A stretch of 64,000 bases of DNA, taken from contig JAYTOU010000023.1 in the NCBI GenBank assembly GCA_043747615.1, positions 32,001-96,000 on the forward strand, read 5' to 3'. A program made the position numbers and the translations under genes. Numbering within the stretch: the first letter of the stretch is position 1; every line of letters starts with the position of its first letter. A model generated the notes under the pieces. The model ran no database searches. It worked only from the letters and a program-made list of their open reading frames with translations, and was not told where the DNA came from. This stretch comes from Myxococcales bacterium. GTDB taxonomy: Bacteria; Myxococcota_A; Polyangia; Polyangiales; Polyangiaceae. Positions 23,247-33,348 of this stretch are shown one piece after another.

Positions 23247-23837
23247 ATGACGCAGGCCTCCTTCCTTTTTCTCGGGGTGACGGCTGCGGCGTTGGTCGGC
23301 GCGTGCACTTCGGGCAATCCGTCTGGCGGCGACGCGCGCTTCGACGCCGCACCGTCCACGCCTCCGGGAGGCACGCTTCTTTGCCATCCCGCAGCAAGGG
23401 CGCTCGGCACAGGCCACACGTGGGCCGAGCTGTACGCAGATTACTTTGGCCCTTCGAGCGGTGGTGACTGCGGGAAGAATCCCGGCAACTGCCACGGCGA
23501 GCCGACGAGCAAAGGCTCGGCCGGCAGCAACTTCACGTGTCCGCCAACGCGCGACGGTTGCTACATCGGCATGACCAAGGGCATCAAAACGACGGCCCCC
23601 TCGAACGTTCCCGCGGGCAGGGCTCCGGGAGACACCATCCTCATCCAGATCTTGCGCAACGCCGATGGCTCCGGCGGTAGCATGCCGCAGTCGCCGGTGT
23701 GCAGCTTCGACAAGAACGACTACCAGCGCCTCAGCGACTGGATCGCAGCGGGCGCACCGAATGACGGAGTGGACGACGCCGGAGCGGATGCAGCGCCCGA
23801 CGCCCCCGGAGACGCAGCAGACGCCGGTCCGGGCTGA
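23247..23837 (+). CDS. Lipoprotein with atypical c-type cytochrome-like domain (CX6CH)
   Basis: VGAC lipobox; CGKNPGNCH; distal GSMP; L..WIAAGA helix typical of monoheme cytochrome domains. Confidence 0.6.
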   Translation: MTQASFLFLGVTAAALVGACTSGNPSGGDARFDAAPSTPPGGTLLCHPAARALGTGHTWAELYADYFGPSSGGDCGKNPGNCHGEPTSKGSAGSNFTCPPTRDGCYIGMTKGIKTTAPSNVPAGRAPGDTILIQILRNADGSGGSMPQSPVCSFDKNDYQRLSDWIAAGAPNDGVDDAGADAAPDAPGDAADAGPG

Positions 23838-23841
23838 ACGA

Positions 23842-25191
<1,350 letters not shown>

Positions 25192-25232
25192 GCGCCGCGG
25201 CGATCGGGCTCGGCCGCAGCCTCCCGAAAACC

Positions 25233-25334
25233 TTTCAAGTTTGCCACGGCGTTGCAACCTTGCATGACGGCTGGCGCGTTCGCTCCCAGATTGCCCGAGA
25301 AATTCTCGAATTCAGCGGCGGCCCCTCACTTGCT
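25233..25334 (+). promoter_or_regulatory. Putative enhancer-like repeats plus sigma54 promoter
   Basis: TTTCAAGTTTGCCA and TTGCAACCTTGCA (25233-25264); CGGCCCCTCACTTGCT = GG-N10-GC (25319-25334). Confidence 0.55.
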
Positions 25335-25379
25335 TCGCTACACCCATGGCGAACTTTACGGCGCCACGAGGAGGCACGC

Positions 25380-25844
25380 GTGGGTAAGGTCTTGGTCGTC
25401 GATGATGACCTCAATCAGGGTCGTGCCCTTGCCCTCGGCTTGCGCCTCGAGGGCTTCGAGGTCCGCACCGCCATAAATGGGCAGGCGGCGCTTTCCCTCC
25501 TCGCTGCCGACGCGGCGGAGATCGCCATCGTCGATCTCATGCTCCCGGGGATGAACGGAATGGAGCTCTCGCGCCAGCTCCGCGAGCTCCACCCGGAGCT
25601 GCGGGTGATCCTCTCGAGCGCGTATCACTTGAGCGAGCGACAGCTGATTCGATCGGACTGCGGCGTCATTGCGTTCTTGCCCAAGCCCTACGATTTGCCG
25701 GAGCTCACGACTTTTCTCCGCGCGAAGCTCGCCTCGAGCCCGGAGAGTTGCCGCATCGCCATGAACGAAGGCGTGGCCCATGTCGGCGCGGGAGCTCAAC
25801 GTCGCACCGCGAATTCGGAAGAAGGCGCGCCCAAGGTCGGCTAA
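25380..25844 (+). CDS. Single-domain response regulator receiver
   Basis: VLVVDDD, VDLMLPGMNG, LPKPY; SD GAGGAGG 5 nt before the GTG start. Confidence 0.88.
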   Translation: MGKVLVVDDDLNQGRALALGLRLEGFEVRTAINGQAALSLLAADAAEIAIVDLMLPGMNGMELSRQLRELHPELRVILSSAYHLSERQLIRSDCGVIAFLPKPYDLPELTTFLRAKLASSPESCRIAMNEGVAHVGAGAQRRTANSEEGAPKVG

Positions 25845-25856
25845 CCTCACCGCGTC

Positions 25857-26930
25857 TTGCGGGTCGACACTTTCTCCTACGAGCTTCCGCCGGATCGCAT
25901 CGCCCAGCACCCCACGAGCGATCGCGAGGCTTCTCGGCTCCTCGTGCTGTCGGACGGCGACGCTCCATCCGAGCACCACACGATCCGCGACCTGGCGAGC
26001 CTTCTTCCGAAGGACGCGCTCGTCGTGGTGAACGACACGCGGGTCATCCCGGCGCGCCTGCTCGGTCAGAAAGCGGACACCGGCGGCAAGGTCGAAATTT
26101 TTCTCGTGCGCCGCGTGGGCACGAGCATTCTTGATCAGCGAGAGATCGAGGTGTGGCAGGCCCTCGGAAAATCGTCGAAGCCGCTTCGCTTCCCGTCTCA
26201 GGTGCTCATCGGCAACCTCGTCATCCATCTGCTCGGGCGCAGCGACGACGGGCTGCTCGAGGTCGGACTTTGGGTCCCCGAGGGAAGCATCGCCGACGCT
26301 CTTCGGGCGCACGGGCATGTCCCCCTCCCCCCTTACATCAAGCGGGACGACGAGCCGTCGGATGTGGAGCGCTACCAAACGGTCTTCGCGCGCGCCGATG
26401 GTGCGGTCGCAGCTCCAACTGCCGGGCTCCATATTTCGCGCGCGCTCCTCGGGCGTCTCGCGGTGCGTGGCTGCGAGCTCACGAGCGTGACGCTTCACGT
26501 CGGGCTGGGAACGTTTCAGCCGGTGACCGTCGATGATCTCGATGAGCACCCCATGCACGCAGAGGTGTTCGAGATCTCCAACACCGCGGCAAAGGCGATC
26601 ACTGCAGCCCGTGCCCGGGGCGCACCCGTGGTGGCGATCGGAACGACGGTCGTCCGCGCACTGGAGAGCGCCGCTGATCCGGAACGCGAAGGCCACGTAT
26701 TGCCAACGACCGGCGAGACGCGTCTCCTCATCCAACCCGGCTATCGTTTTCGCGTCGTGGACATTCTCCTCACGAACTTCCACCTCCCCCGCTCCACTCT
26801 CCTCGCCATGGTGTGCGCGTTCGGCGGGACGCAGCGCGTGCTTGGCGCCTATGATTTTGCGGTGGCGAGCGACTACCGATTTTTCTCCTACGGGGACGCG
26901 ATGCTGCTGACGAAGCAGGTGCAGACGTGA
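25857..26930 (+). CDS. queA: S-adenosylmethionine:tRNA ribosyltransferase-isomerase
   Basis: NDTRVIPARL, PLPPYI, AAPTAGLH, TNFHLP, FFSYGDAM. Confidence 0.96.
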   Translation: MRVDTFSYELPPDRIAQHPTSDREASRLLVLSDGDAPSEHHTIRDLASLLPKDALVVVNDTRVIPARLLGQKADTGGKVEIFLVRRVGTSILDQREIEVWQALGKSSKPLRFPSQVLIGNLVIHLLGRSDDGLLEVGLWVPEGSIADALRAHGHVPLPPYIKRDDEPSDVERYQTVFARADGAVAAPTAGLHISRALLGRLAVRGCELTSVTLHVGLGTFQPVTVDDLDEHPMHAEVFEISNTAAKAITAARARGAPVVAIGTTVVRALESAADPEREGHVLPTTGETRLLIQPGYRFRVVDILLTNFHLPRSTLLAMVCAFGGTQRVLGAYDFAVASDYRFFSYGDAMLLTKQVQT

Positions 26931-28072
26931 CTCCTCGCACGCAGGGCTTCGCGTTTCGAGTGGAGGCAGAGGACGGCCACGCCCGCGTCAGCGTCCTCAC
27001 CACGCCGCATGGCGACATCGATCTGCCGACGTTCATGCCCGTCGGTACGCAGGGGAGCGTGAAGACGCTGACTCCCATGGAGGTAGCGGCAACGGGCGCG
27101 CGCGTCGTCCTCGGGAACACGTACCACCTGTGGCTCCGCCCGGGCCCGGAGGTGATCGCCGAGCTCGGTGGGCTCCACGAATTCACCCGCTGGCCGCACG
27201 CGATGCTCACCGATTCGGGCGGATTTCAGGCTTTTTCATTGAGCCAGCTCACGAAGCTCACCGAGGAGGGCTTCACGTTCCGCTCTCACCTCGACGGCGC
27301 CGCGCACTTCCTCTCGCCCGAAGAAGCGGTGCGCGTGCAAGGTCTCATCGGAGCGGACATCCAGATGCAGCTCGACGTTTGCCCGCCTGGAGCCTCTCCG
27401 CGGGGCGTCGTCGAAGCGGCGGTCGGACGAACGACGCGATGGGCAAGACGCGCCCTCGCTTCCCCGAGGCCGCGTGGACAAGCTCTTTTCGGCATCGTTC
27501 AGGGATCGTGTTTTGCGGATCTCCGGCGCGCGCATGCCGAGGAGCTCGCCGCGCTCGATCCTGGTTTCGACGGCCTGGCTCTCGGAGGATTTTCGGTCGG
27601 CGAACCGATCGAGCGAATGTACGAGACGCTCGCAGAGGTGGCTCACGAGCTCGATCGAGAACGCCCGCGTTACCTGATGGGAGTCGGCACGCCACGAGAT
27701 CTACTCGAGGCGGTGGAGCACGGGATCGACATGTTCGACTGCGTCCTTCCGACACGCAACGCCCGCAACGGTCAAGCCCTCACGCGCTTCGGTCGCGTGG
27801 TCGTCAAGCAGGCAAAGTACAAGCGCGACCCTCTCCCCATCGATCCGGATTGCACCTGTCCCGCCTGCCGTGAAGGCTACTCGCGCGCCTACCTCCGCCA
27901 CCTTTTCATGAGCGGTGAGATCCTCGCGTTGAAGCTCTTATCCCAGCACAATCTGCACTTCTATGGGGAGCTGATGGCCGGTGCGCGCGCGGCGATCCAC
28001 TCGAAGAGCTACGGGGGATTCAAGCGTGATGCGCTGGCCCGCATGGCTCAGCCGCCGCGTGATAGTGTGTAA
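26927..28072 (+). CDS. tgt: tRNA-guanine transglycosylase
   Basis: FMPVGT, NTYHL, TDSGGFQ, YLMGVG, DCVLPTR, CxCxxC; GTGA overlap with queA. Confidence 0.96.
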   Translation: MTPRTQGFAFRVEAEDGHARVSVLTTPHGDIDLPTFMPVGTQGSVKTLTPMEVAATGARVVLGNTYHLWLRPGPEVIAELGGLHEFTRWPHAMLTDSGGFQAFSLSQLTKLTEEGFTFRSHLDGAAHFLSPEEAVRVQGLIGADIQMQLDVCPPGASPRGVVEAAVGRTTRWARRALASPRPRGQALFGIVQGSCFADLRRAHAEELAALDPGFDGLALGGFSVGEPIERMYETLAEVAHELDRERPRYLMGVGTPRDLLEAVEHGIDMFDCVLPTRNARNGQALTRFGRVVVKQAKYKRDPLPIDPDCTCPACREGYSRAYLRHLFMSGEILALKLLSQHNLHFYGELMAGARAAIHSKSYGGFKRDALARMAQPPRDSV

Positions 28073-28081
28073 GCGCGGCGC

Positions 28082-29662
28082 ATGGCAGAAGAAAAAAAGC
28101 AGCTCGGAAAGATCCTACTCTCGCGAAGGCTGGTGTCGCCGGAGGCCCTCGACGACGCGCTTCGCGAGCAGACGAAGTCCAACGATCCGAAGCCCCTTGC
28201 GTCCCACCTGACCGAAAAAGGCGTCGTCAGCGAAGAAGACGCCCTGCGCGCTCTCTCCGAGCAGTTCGGCGTGCCCGGGATCGATCTGAGCCAGGTGGCG
28301 ATCCTCCTCGAGCACCTCGACGCCATCCCCCGCGATCACAGCAGCGCAAAGATGATGCTCCCCGTGCTCGTGCGCGGAGACCGCCTTTTTCTGGCGATGG
28401 CGAATCCCGCGGACAAGCGCGTGATCGACGAGCTCGAGTTCGTCTCCGGAAAAAAAGTGTACGCCTACGTGGCCCTGACTGGACCGTTGCAGCGGGCGAT
28501 CGCCGCGTCCTACGACGCAAAGGCCCAAGGTGAAACCCATTATCTGGGGCCGAACGTTCCCCGAGAAACACTCGAACGACTGGGTCAGGCGGCGGGTCGA
28601 ACCGGAGGCACCGCTCCGCCGCTGACCATGGGCAGCCCCAGCGCTCCCGTTGCCGTTCCCCCACGAGCCCGGACGAGCCCGCCGACTGCGTCGACTGCGG
28701 CGCGCGCCGCATCCGAGGCGCCTCGGGTGGTGATCGACGAAGCCATGGAAGCAGTGAGCGCGCGGGCTGAGATGCCCTCGGAGAGTGATTTCGCAGACCT
28801 CGCATCGGACATTTCGCAGCTCGGTCTCGAACCAGTTCGCGGGCTCGATTCCGGCTCCGAGCCCCCGACGCTCACCGGCGAGGCAAAGCTGATCCTCGTC
28901 GTCGACGACGAAGAGGACATCCGAAAAATTCTCCGCCGCGTTCTCACGGAGAAGGGCCATCGAGTGGTCGAAGCGGATCGCGGCCTGCTCGCGCTTCGTT
29001 TGGTGAAGGAGCACGTGCCCGATCTCATCGTGCTCGACGCAATGCTCCCCGAGCTGCACGGCTTCGACATCGCCAGGCGGATCAAGGGGAGTGAGAAGTA
29101 CGGCCAGATCCCGATCATCATGATCAGCGCCGTCTACCGCGGCTGGCGCATCGCGGAAGATTTGAAGAACAGCTACGGCATCGAGGCTTACATCGAGAAG
29201 CCGTTCCGGATCGCCGACGTCGTCGCGGCCGTCACTCGCGCGCTCGCAGTGACTGGAAAGCGCCAGTCCGATCACCCCCCGCGGGACCCGGAGAAGGTGA
29301 GCGCCGAGGCAGAGAAGGCGCTCGAAGACGGCGTCGCCGCGTACAAGGCAGGCAACATCGACCAGGCGATCTCGCACCTTCTCCACGGCGTAGCGATCGA
29401 CCCGCTCGCCTATCGCCTGCACTTCCACCTGGCTCTTTTGTACGGAAAAAAAGGCTCCATCTACGAGGGAATTCAGGAGCTCGAGAAGGCCATCGAGCTC
29501 AACCCGAAGCACTTCCCCGCTTTGAAGAACCTGGCGATCCTCTACGAGAAGGCGGGCTTTCGTCACAAAGCCGTGGAGATGTGGGAGCGCTCCGTTCACC
29601 TTGCGCCGGATGCGACCACACGCGCCAAAGTCAAAGAGCACCTAATCAGTCTTCTCGGGTGA
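28082..29662 (+). CDS. MshEN/T2SSE_N + receiver + TPR signalling protein
   Basis: Tandem MshEN-like motifs (QLGKILL...ALREQ, PLASHL...ALSEQ); REC (VVDDE, LDAMLP, EKPF); C-terminal TPRs. Confidence 0.8.
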   Translation: MAEEKKQLGKILLSRRLVSPEALDDALREQTKSNDPKPLASHLTEKGVVSEEDALRALSEQFGVPGIDLSQVAILLEHLDAIPRDHSSAKMMLPVLVRGDRLFLAMANPADKRVIDELEFVSGKKVYAYVALTGPLQRAIAASYDAKAQGETHYLGPNVPRETLERLGQAAGRTGGTAPPLTMGSPSAPVAVPPRARTSPPTASTAARAASEAPRVVIDEAMEAVSARAEMPSESDFADLASDISQLGLEPVRGLDSGSEPPTLTGEAKLILVVDDEEDIRKILRRVLTEKGHRVVEADRGLLALRLVKEHVPDLIVLDAMLPELHGFDIARRIKGSEKYGQIPIIMISAVYRGWRIAEDLKNSYGIEAYIEKPFRIADVVAAVTRALAVTGKRQSDHPPRDPEKVSAEAEKALEDGVAAYKAGNIDQAISHLLHGVAIDPLAYRLHFHLALLYGKKGSIYEGIQELEKAIELNPKHFPALKNLAILYEKAGFRHKAVEMWERSVHLAPDATTRAKVKEHLISLLG

Positions 29663-29741
29663 AAAATGATCACGCGGCCGAAGACCTCGCTGGAGCTGGT
29701 ACGTAGAGAGAGGGTATTCTGAGCCTCGTTCCTCGACCTTC

Positions 29742-31382
29742 ATGAAATTCCTCTGCGAACAGTGCAAGGCGAAGTACCAAATCTCCGACGAGAAGGTCGC
29801 CGGGAAGACCGTGCGCATGAAGTGCCGCAAATGCGGGCACATGATCGAGGTACGCGCGGAGGTCACGGAGACGAGCGTTTCGAAGAGCCTCCCCGGCGGC
29901 GCCGCCCCGACCGCGCCGCACAAGTCGGGGCAGCCGAAGCCCGGCGGCCTCGCCACGAGTCTCTCGGCTGCCGGGCGACCCTCGCCTCCGCGAGCGGCGG
30001 TCCCCTCCACGCGCCCGGCGACGCAGCCGAGCGCGCTCGCGGGTGCGTTTCAAAAAAGTAAGAGCGAGGAGTCCGCGCTCGACGCGTTCGGCTCCAACGA
30101 GTGGTACGTCGCCATCAACGGCGTCCCCGTTGGTCCGGTGCGCGTCTCCGAGCTACGGCGAAAAGCGGCGATGGGCGTCGTCACCGAGGACTCTCTCGTG
30201 TGGCAAGAGGGGCTCGAAGAATGGCGCCCGGTCCGCGCGGTGACCGAGCTCGCCGGCCTGGTACGCGAGGCGGCCGCACGACCTTCGCTCGTCACGCCTC
30301 CGCCCTCCGACGTTCGCCAGAGCACGCCCCCTCCTGGCGCGCCGGCAAGCGCACGCGCTGGATCCGGGGCGCCACGGCCCTCCAACGCTGGCATCGCGCC
30401 GCGCGCATTCAGCGCAACGGCCCCGCAACCGTTCAGTCCGACGAGCGCCGGCGAAGCCCCACGGCCGCCCGTCGCACCAAGCGCACGCAACAACGTCGTG
30501 CCCTTCGCGTCGTCGCGGCTCGCCACTGCCGAAAAATTGGATGCGCCCGACGCTCAGCACCGGGCGGCGCCGCACCCTGCCTCGCTCGTTGCCGCCGATC
30601 CCTTCGCACTCCCGCCAGCTCCCGCAGCCGCCATGCAGTCGGGGGTTACGAGCTCGCCGCTCGGAGTCGCAAATGCATTCGCAGGGTCTGCGCCAGCGCC
30701 GGCAGTCGCGCCCGCCGAGCCGCCCCCTGCTGCTGCGAAGGGTCCGCCGAACTGGATCGCAATCACGATGGTCGTGCTCGCGGCGTCGCTCGGTATCACC
30801 GCCCCAATTGCTTACTTCTTCAAGCCCGCGCCGGTCGCTCCGACGCCGGTCGTCATCACCATGTCGGCCGCGCCCCAGGGTCCACCACCGCCGGTCGCCG
30901 CAACTCCGCCGTCCGCCGAGCCCGCCTCGGTCCCGAGCGCGGCGCCTGACAAACAACCTGGAGCAGTCGTCCGCAACACCGGCGGCCCAAAACCAGCGGC
31001 CCCCCCGCAGGGTGGCGCGAAAATCGATCTTGGCGGTCTCCTTGGCGGGCCAGGAAGTGGTCCGAACGGGGGTCCGGGAGGCGGGGCCGCGGGGTCCAGC
31101 GGATCGTCGCTCACGGGCTCGGCGATCGAATCGGTCGTCCGCTCACACGCTGCCGGCGTGAAGCGAACGTGCTGGGAGCGCGGCGCGAACCAAGAGGCGA
31201 GCGAGAACGTGACCGTGCGCGTGGTCATCGGCAGCAGTGGCGCTGTGCAGAGCGCGTCATCTTCCGGCGGCTCCGATCCCGCGATGTCGAAGTGCATCGA
31301 GAACTCGGTGCGTTCGTGGCAGTTCCCCCCCTCGGGCGGCACCACCAACGTCGACATCCCATTCCACTTCGTCCGCCAATAG
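29742..31382 (+). CDS. GltJ/AgmX-like protein (zinc ribbon + GYF_2 + TM + TonB_C-like)
   Basis: CEQC...CRKC zinc ribbon; WYVAING..GP...VWQEG..EW GYF_2; TM; C-terminal CW...CI..WQFP...IPF. Confidence 0.78.
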   Translation: MKFLCEQCKAKYQISDEKVAGKTVRMKCRKCGHMIEVRAEVTETSVSKSLPGGAAPTAPHKSGQPKPGGLATSLSAAGRPSPPRAAVPSTRPATQPSALAGAFQKSKSEESALDAFGSNEWYVAINGVPVGPVRVSELRRKAAMGVVTEDSLVWQEGLEEWRPVRAVTELAGLVREAAARPSLVTPPPSDVRQSTPPPGAPASARAGSGAPRPSNAGIAPRAFSATAPQPFSPTSAGEAPRPPVAPSARNNVVPFASSRLATAEKLDAPDAQHRAAPHPASLVAADPFALPPAPAAAMQSGVTSSPLGVANAFAGSAPAPAVAPAEPPPAAAKGPPNWIAITMVVLAASLGITAPIAYFFKPAPVAPTPVVITMSAAPQGPPPPVAATPPSAEPASVPSAAPDKQPGAVVRNTGGPKPAAPPQGGAKIDLGGLLGGPGSGPNGGPGGGAAGSSGSSLTGSAIESVVRSHAAGVKRTCWERGANQEASENVTVRVVIGSSGAVQSASSSGGSDPAMSKCIENSVRSWQFPPSGGTTNVDIPFHFVRQ

Positions 31383-31466
31383 CTCGCGCGAAGCTCGTTC
31401 AGAAAAAGCTCGAATCGGCGTTGAATCACGCAACCCGGCGGTCCGTCGAACCGATGGGCACTCACC

Positions 31467-32381
31467 GTGCTCCCTTTTTCTCGACGCCTGTCCTCTGGTC
31501 CACTTCGCGTGATGCTTTTCGCTCTTGCCATCCTCGTAGCAGCGTCCACCGCGCGTGCCGACGGAGCCCCCGTGACACCGTCCGCGGCCCTGGCGCTGCC
31601 CATCGCCCGACGCATTGCCGAAGACGAGCTCCGGCTGCTCGTGCGCGCGCTTCCGATGGCAGCGCAGCGGCGAGTCTCCGGGGTGTACGTTGCGTTCAAC
31701 CGAGCCACGCCGGAGGTCGACGTGCTTGCCGCGTGCGATGACGACGGTGACTACGCGATCGTGCTCAGCGATCCGCTCCTGCTGACGCTCGACCTCGTCG
31801 CCCAAGCCGCGGCGACCGACGCGACGTTCAGGACGCACAAGCTCGACGAATACGCTGCGTTCGTCGCGGCAGAGCAGCGCCGGGGGAAGCGTTTCCTCCC
31901 GCCCGCGCCCGGCTTTTTCGATCGGGACGAAGCCTCGGACGCATCGAAGCTCGACGTCGAGCGCACTCTCTTCGTCGACGCTATCGCCGCGGTTCTCGCC
32001 CATGAGCTGGCTCGGATGACGAGCGGCGACCTCACCTGCAGCGCGCCGACCGCTACCCGCGAGCAGGCCGACGACGTGTGGACCGCGGCCGAGCACGCCC
32101 AGTCACTCGCGCGCGCGCGCACCCTTTATTCGCCGGCAAGCGCCGTCTCCGCGGATCGCGAGGCCTCGACGACGCTGCTCGAGAGCGGCCACGGCGAAGA
32201 GGGCTACGTCGCGTGGCTCTCGTTCCTGGACGCCATCGAACGCGCTCCCACTCCGAAGGATCGCGGTGATCTGAGCGCTCCTGCCTACCTCGTAACTCAT
32301 CCTCACGCCGGCACACGCCGCGACGCTTTTCGCGTCATCGCCAACGATTGGCGCGCGCAGCGTAAGATCCCCCATGCCTGA
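31467..32381 (+). CDS. Exported M48-peptidase-like protein with degenerate zinc motif (alternative start 31512)
   Basis: Signal peptide; VLAHELAR in place of HExxH; ADR..; YLVTHP...R. Confidence 0.6.
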   Translation: MLPFSRRLSSGPLRVMLFALAILVAASTARADGAPVTPSAALALPIARRIAEDELRLLVRALPMAAQRRVSGVYVAFNRATPEVDVLAACDDDGDYAIVLSDPLLLTLDLVAQAAATDATFRTHKLDEYAAFVAAEQRRGKRFLPPAPGFFDRDEASDASKLDVERTLFVDAIAAVLAHELARMTSGDLTCSAPTATREQADDVWTAAEHAQSLARARTLYSPASAVSADREASTTLLESGHGEEGYVAWLSFLDAIERAPTPKDRGDLSAPAYLVTHPHAGTRRDAFRVIANDWRAQRKIPHA

Positions 32382-32472
32382 GCGTTTCCTGCTTGCATGC
32401 CTTTTCTTTCCAATATGCGCGAGCAGAAAGAAGTAAAGTGCTCGCGTTGAAACCGATGAGGGAGATCCTTCG

Positions 32473-33297
32473 ATGACACTGCGAATCCGTTCTTTCACCA
32501 CAAGCCGCTCGGTTGTCGCCCTCGCGGCCACTGCTGTTCTCGTCCCGGTCATCGCCTGTGGCGGTGGCGACAAGACGCCGCCCGCCAATCCGCAGCAGCA
32601 GGGCATGAACCAGCAAGGCCAGCAACAAGGCCAGTTCCCCCAGCAGCAGCAACAACAGTTCCCGCAACAGCAAGGCCAACAACAAGGCCAGGGATTCCCG
32701 CAGCAGCAGCCCCAGCAGCAAGGTCAGGGATTCCCGCAGCAGCAGCCCCAGCAGTTTCCCCAGCAGCAGGGGCAGCCGCCGCAGCAGCAAGGTCAGCAAC
32801 CGCCCGCCGCCGGACTACCCGCGCAGCCCGTTCCGCAAGATTTGCTCGCGCAGATCATGGGAGCAGGGGCCGCGATCATGCAGAACCCGGGCGGAGCTGC
32901 TGGCGGCCTCACGGCCGATCCTACGGAGCTCGGAATCAAGATTGCCGCGGCGCGCTTCGCCCCGGGAATGCAGCCCGAAGGCCAAATGGCGAAGGACAAC
33001 CTTCAGCAAGACGGTCACAAGGAAATGATGATCAGCATGCAGGGGGGCAAGTGCTACACGATCATCGGCTTCTCCCCGCTCGGCGCGATCAAAAACCTCG
33101 ACCTCCACCTGCTCGCGCCGCCGTTCTACAACGTGCAGGCCGGTCAGGACGACTCACAGGACAACACGGCGGTCATCGGTCGCGGCAACAACCCGACGTG
33201 CCCGATCACTCCGTTCCCCCTGCAGTACAAGGTCGATCTCCACGCGAAGAGCGGCTCGGGCCCGGTCGGAGTTCAGCTCTTCTCGAAGTCGAAGTAG
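32473..33297 (+). CDS. Lipoprotein with Q/P/F/G low-complexity repeat and C-terminal beta-sandwich (PPC-like) domain
   Basis: VIAC lipobox; (QGQGFPQQQPQQ)-type repeats; 'GKCYTIIG..LDLHL' domain. Confidence 0.75.
   Translation: MTLRIRSFTTSRSVVALAATAVLVPVIACGGGDKTPPANPQQQGMNQQGQQQGQFPQQQQQQFPQQQGQQQGQGFPQQQPQQQGQGFPQQQPQQFPQQQGQPPQQQGQQPPAAGLPAQPVPQDLLAQIMGAGAAIMQNPGGAAGGLTADPTELGIKIAAARFAPGMQPEGQMAKDNLQQDGHKEMMISMQGGKCYTIIGFSPLGAIKNLDLHLLAPPFYNVQAGQDDSQDNTAVIGRGNNPTCPITPFPLQYKVDLHAKSGSGPVGVQLFSKSK
32683..32754 (+). repeat. 36-bp tandem repeat (2 copies, 1 mismatch) inside the Gln-rich tract
   Basis: caaggYcagggattcccgcagcagcagccccagcag x2. Confidence 0.85.
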
Positions 33298-33348
33298 ACA
33301 CCGACGAATGTGAGCACCTGAAGCAACCTGCTCGGGCTTTGAGCCGAG

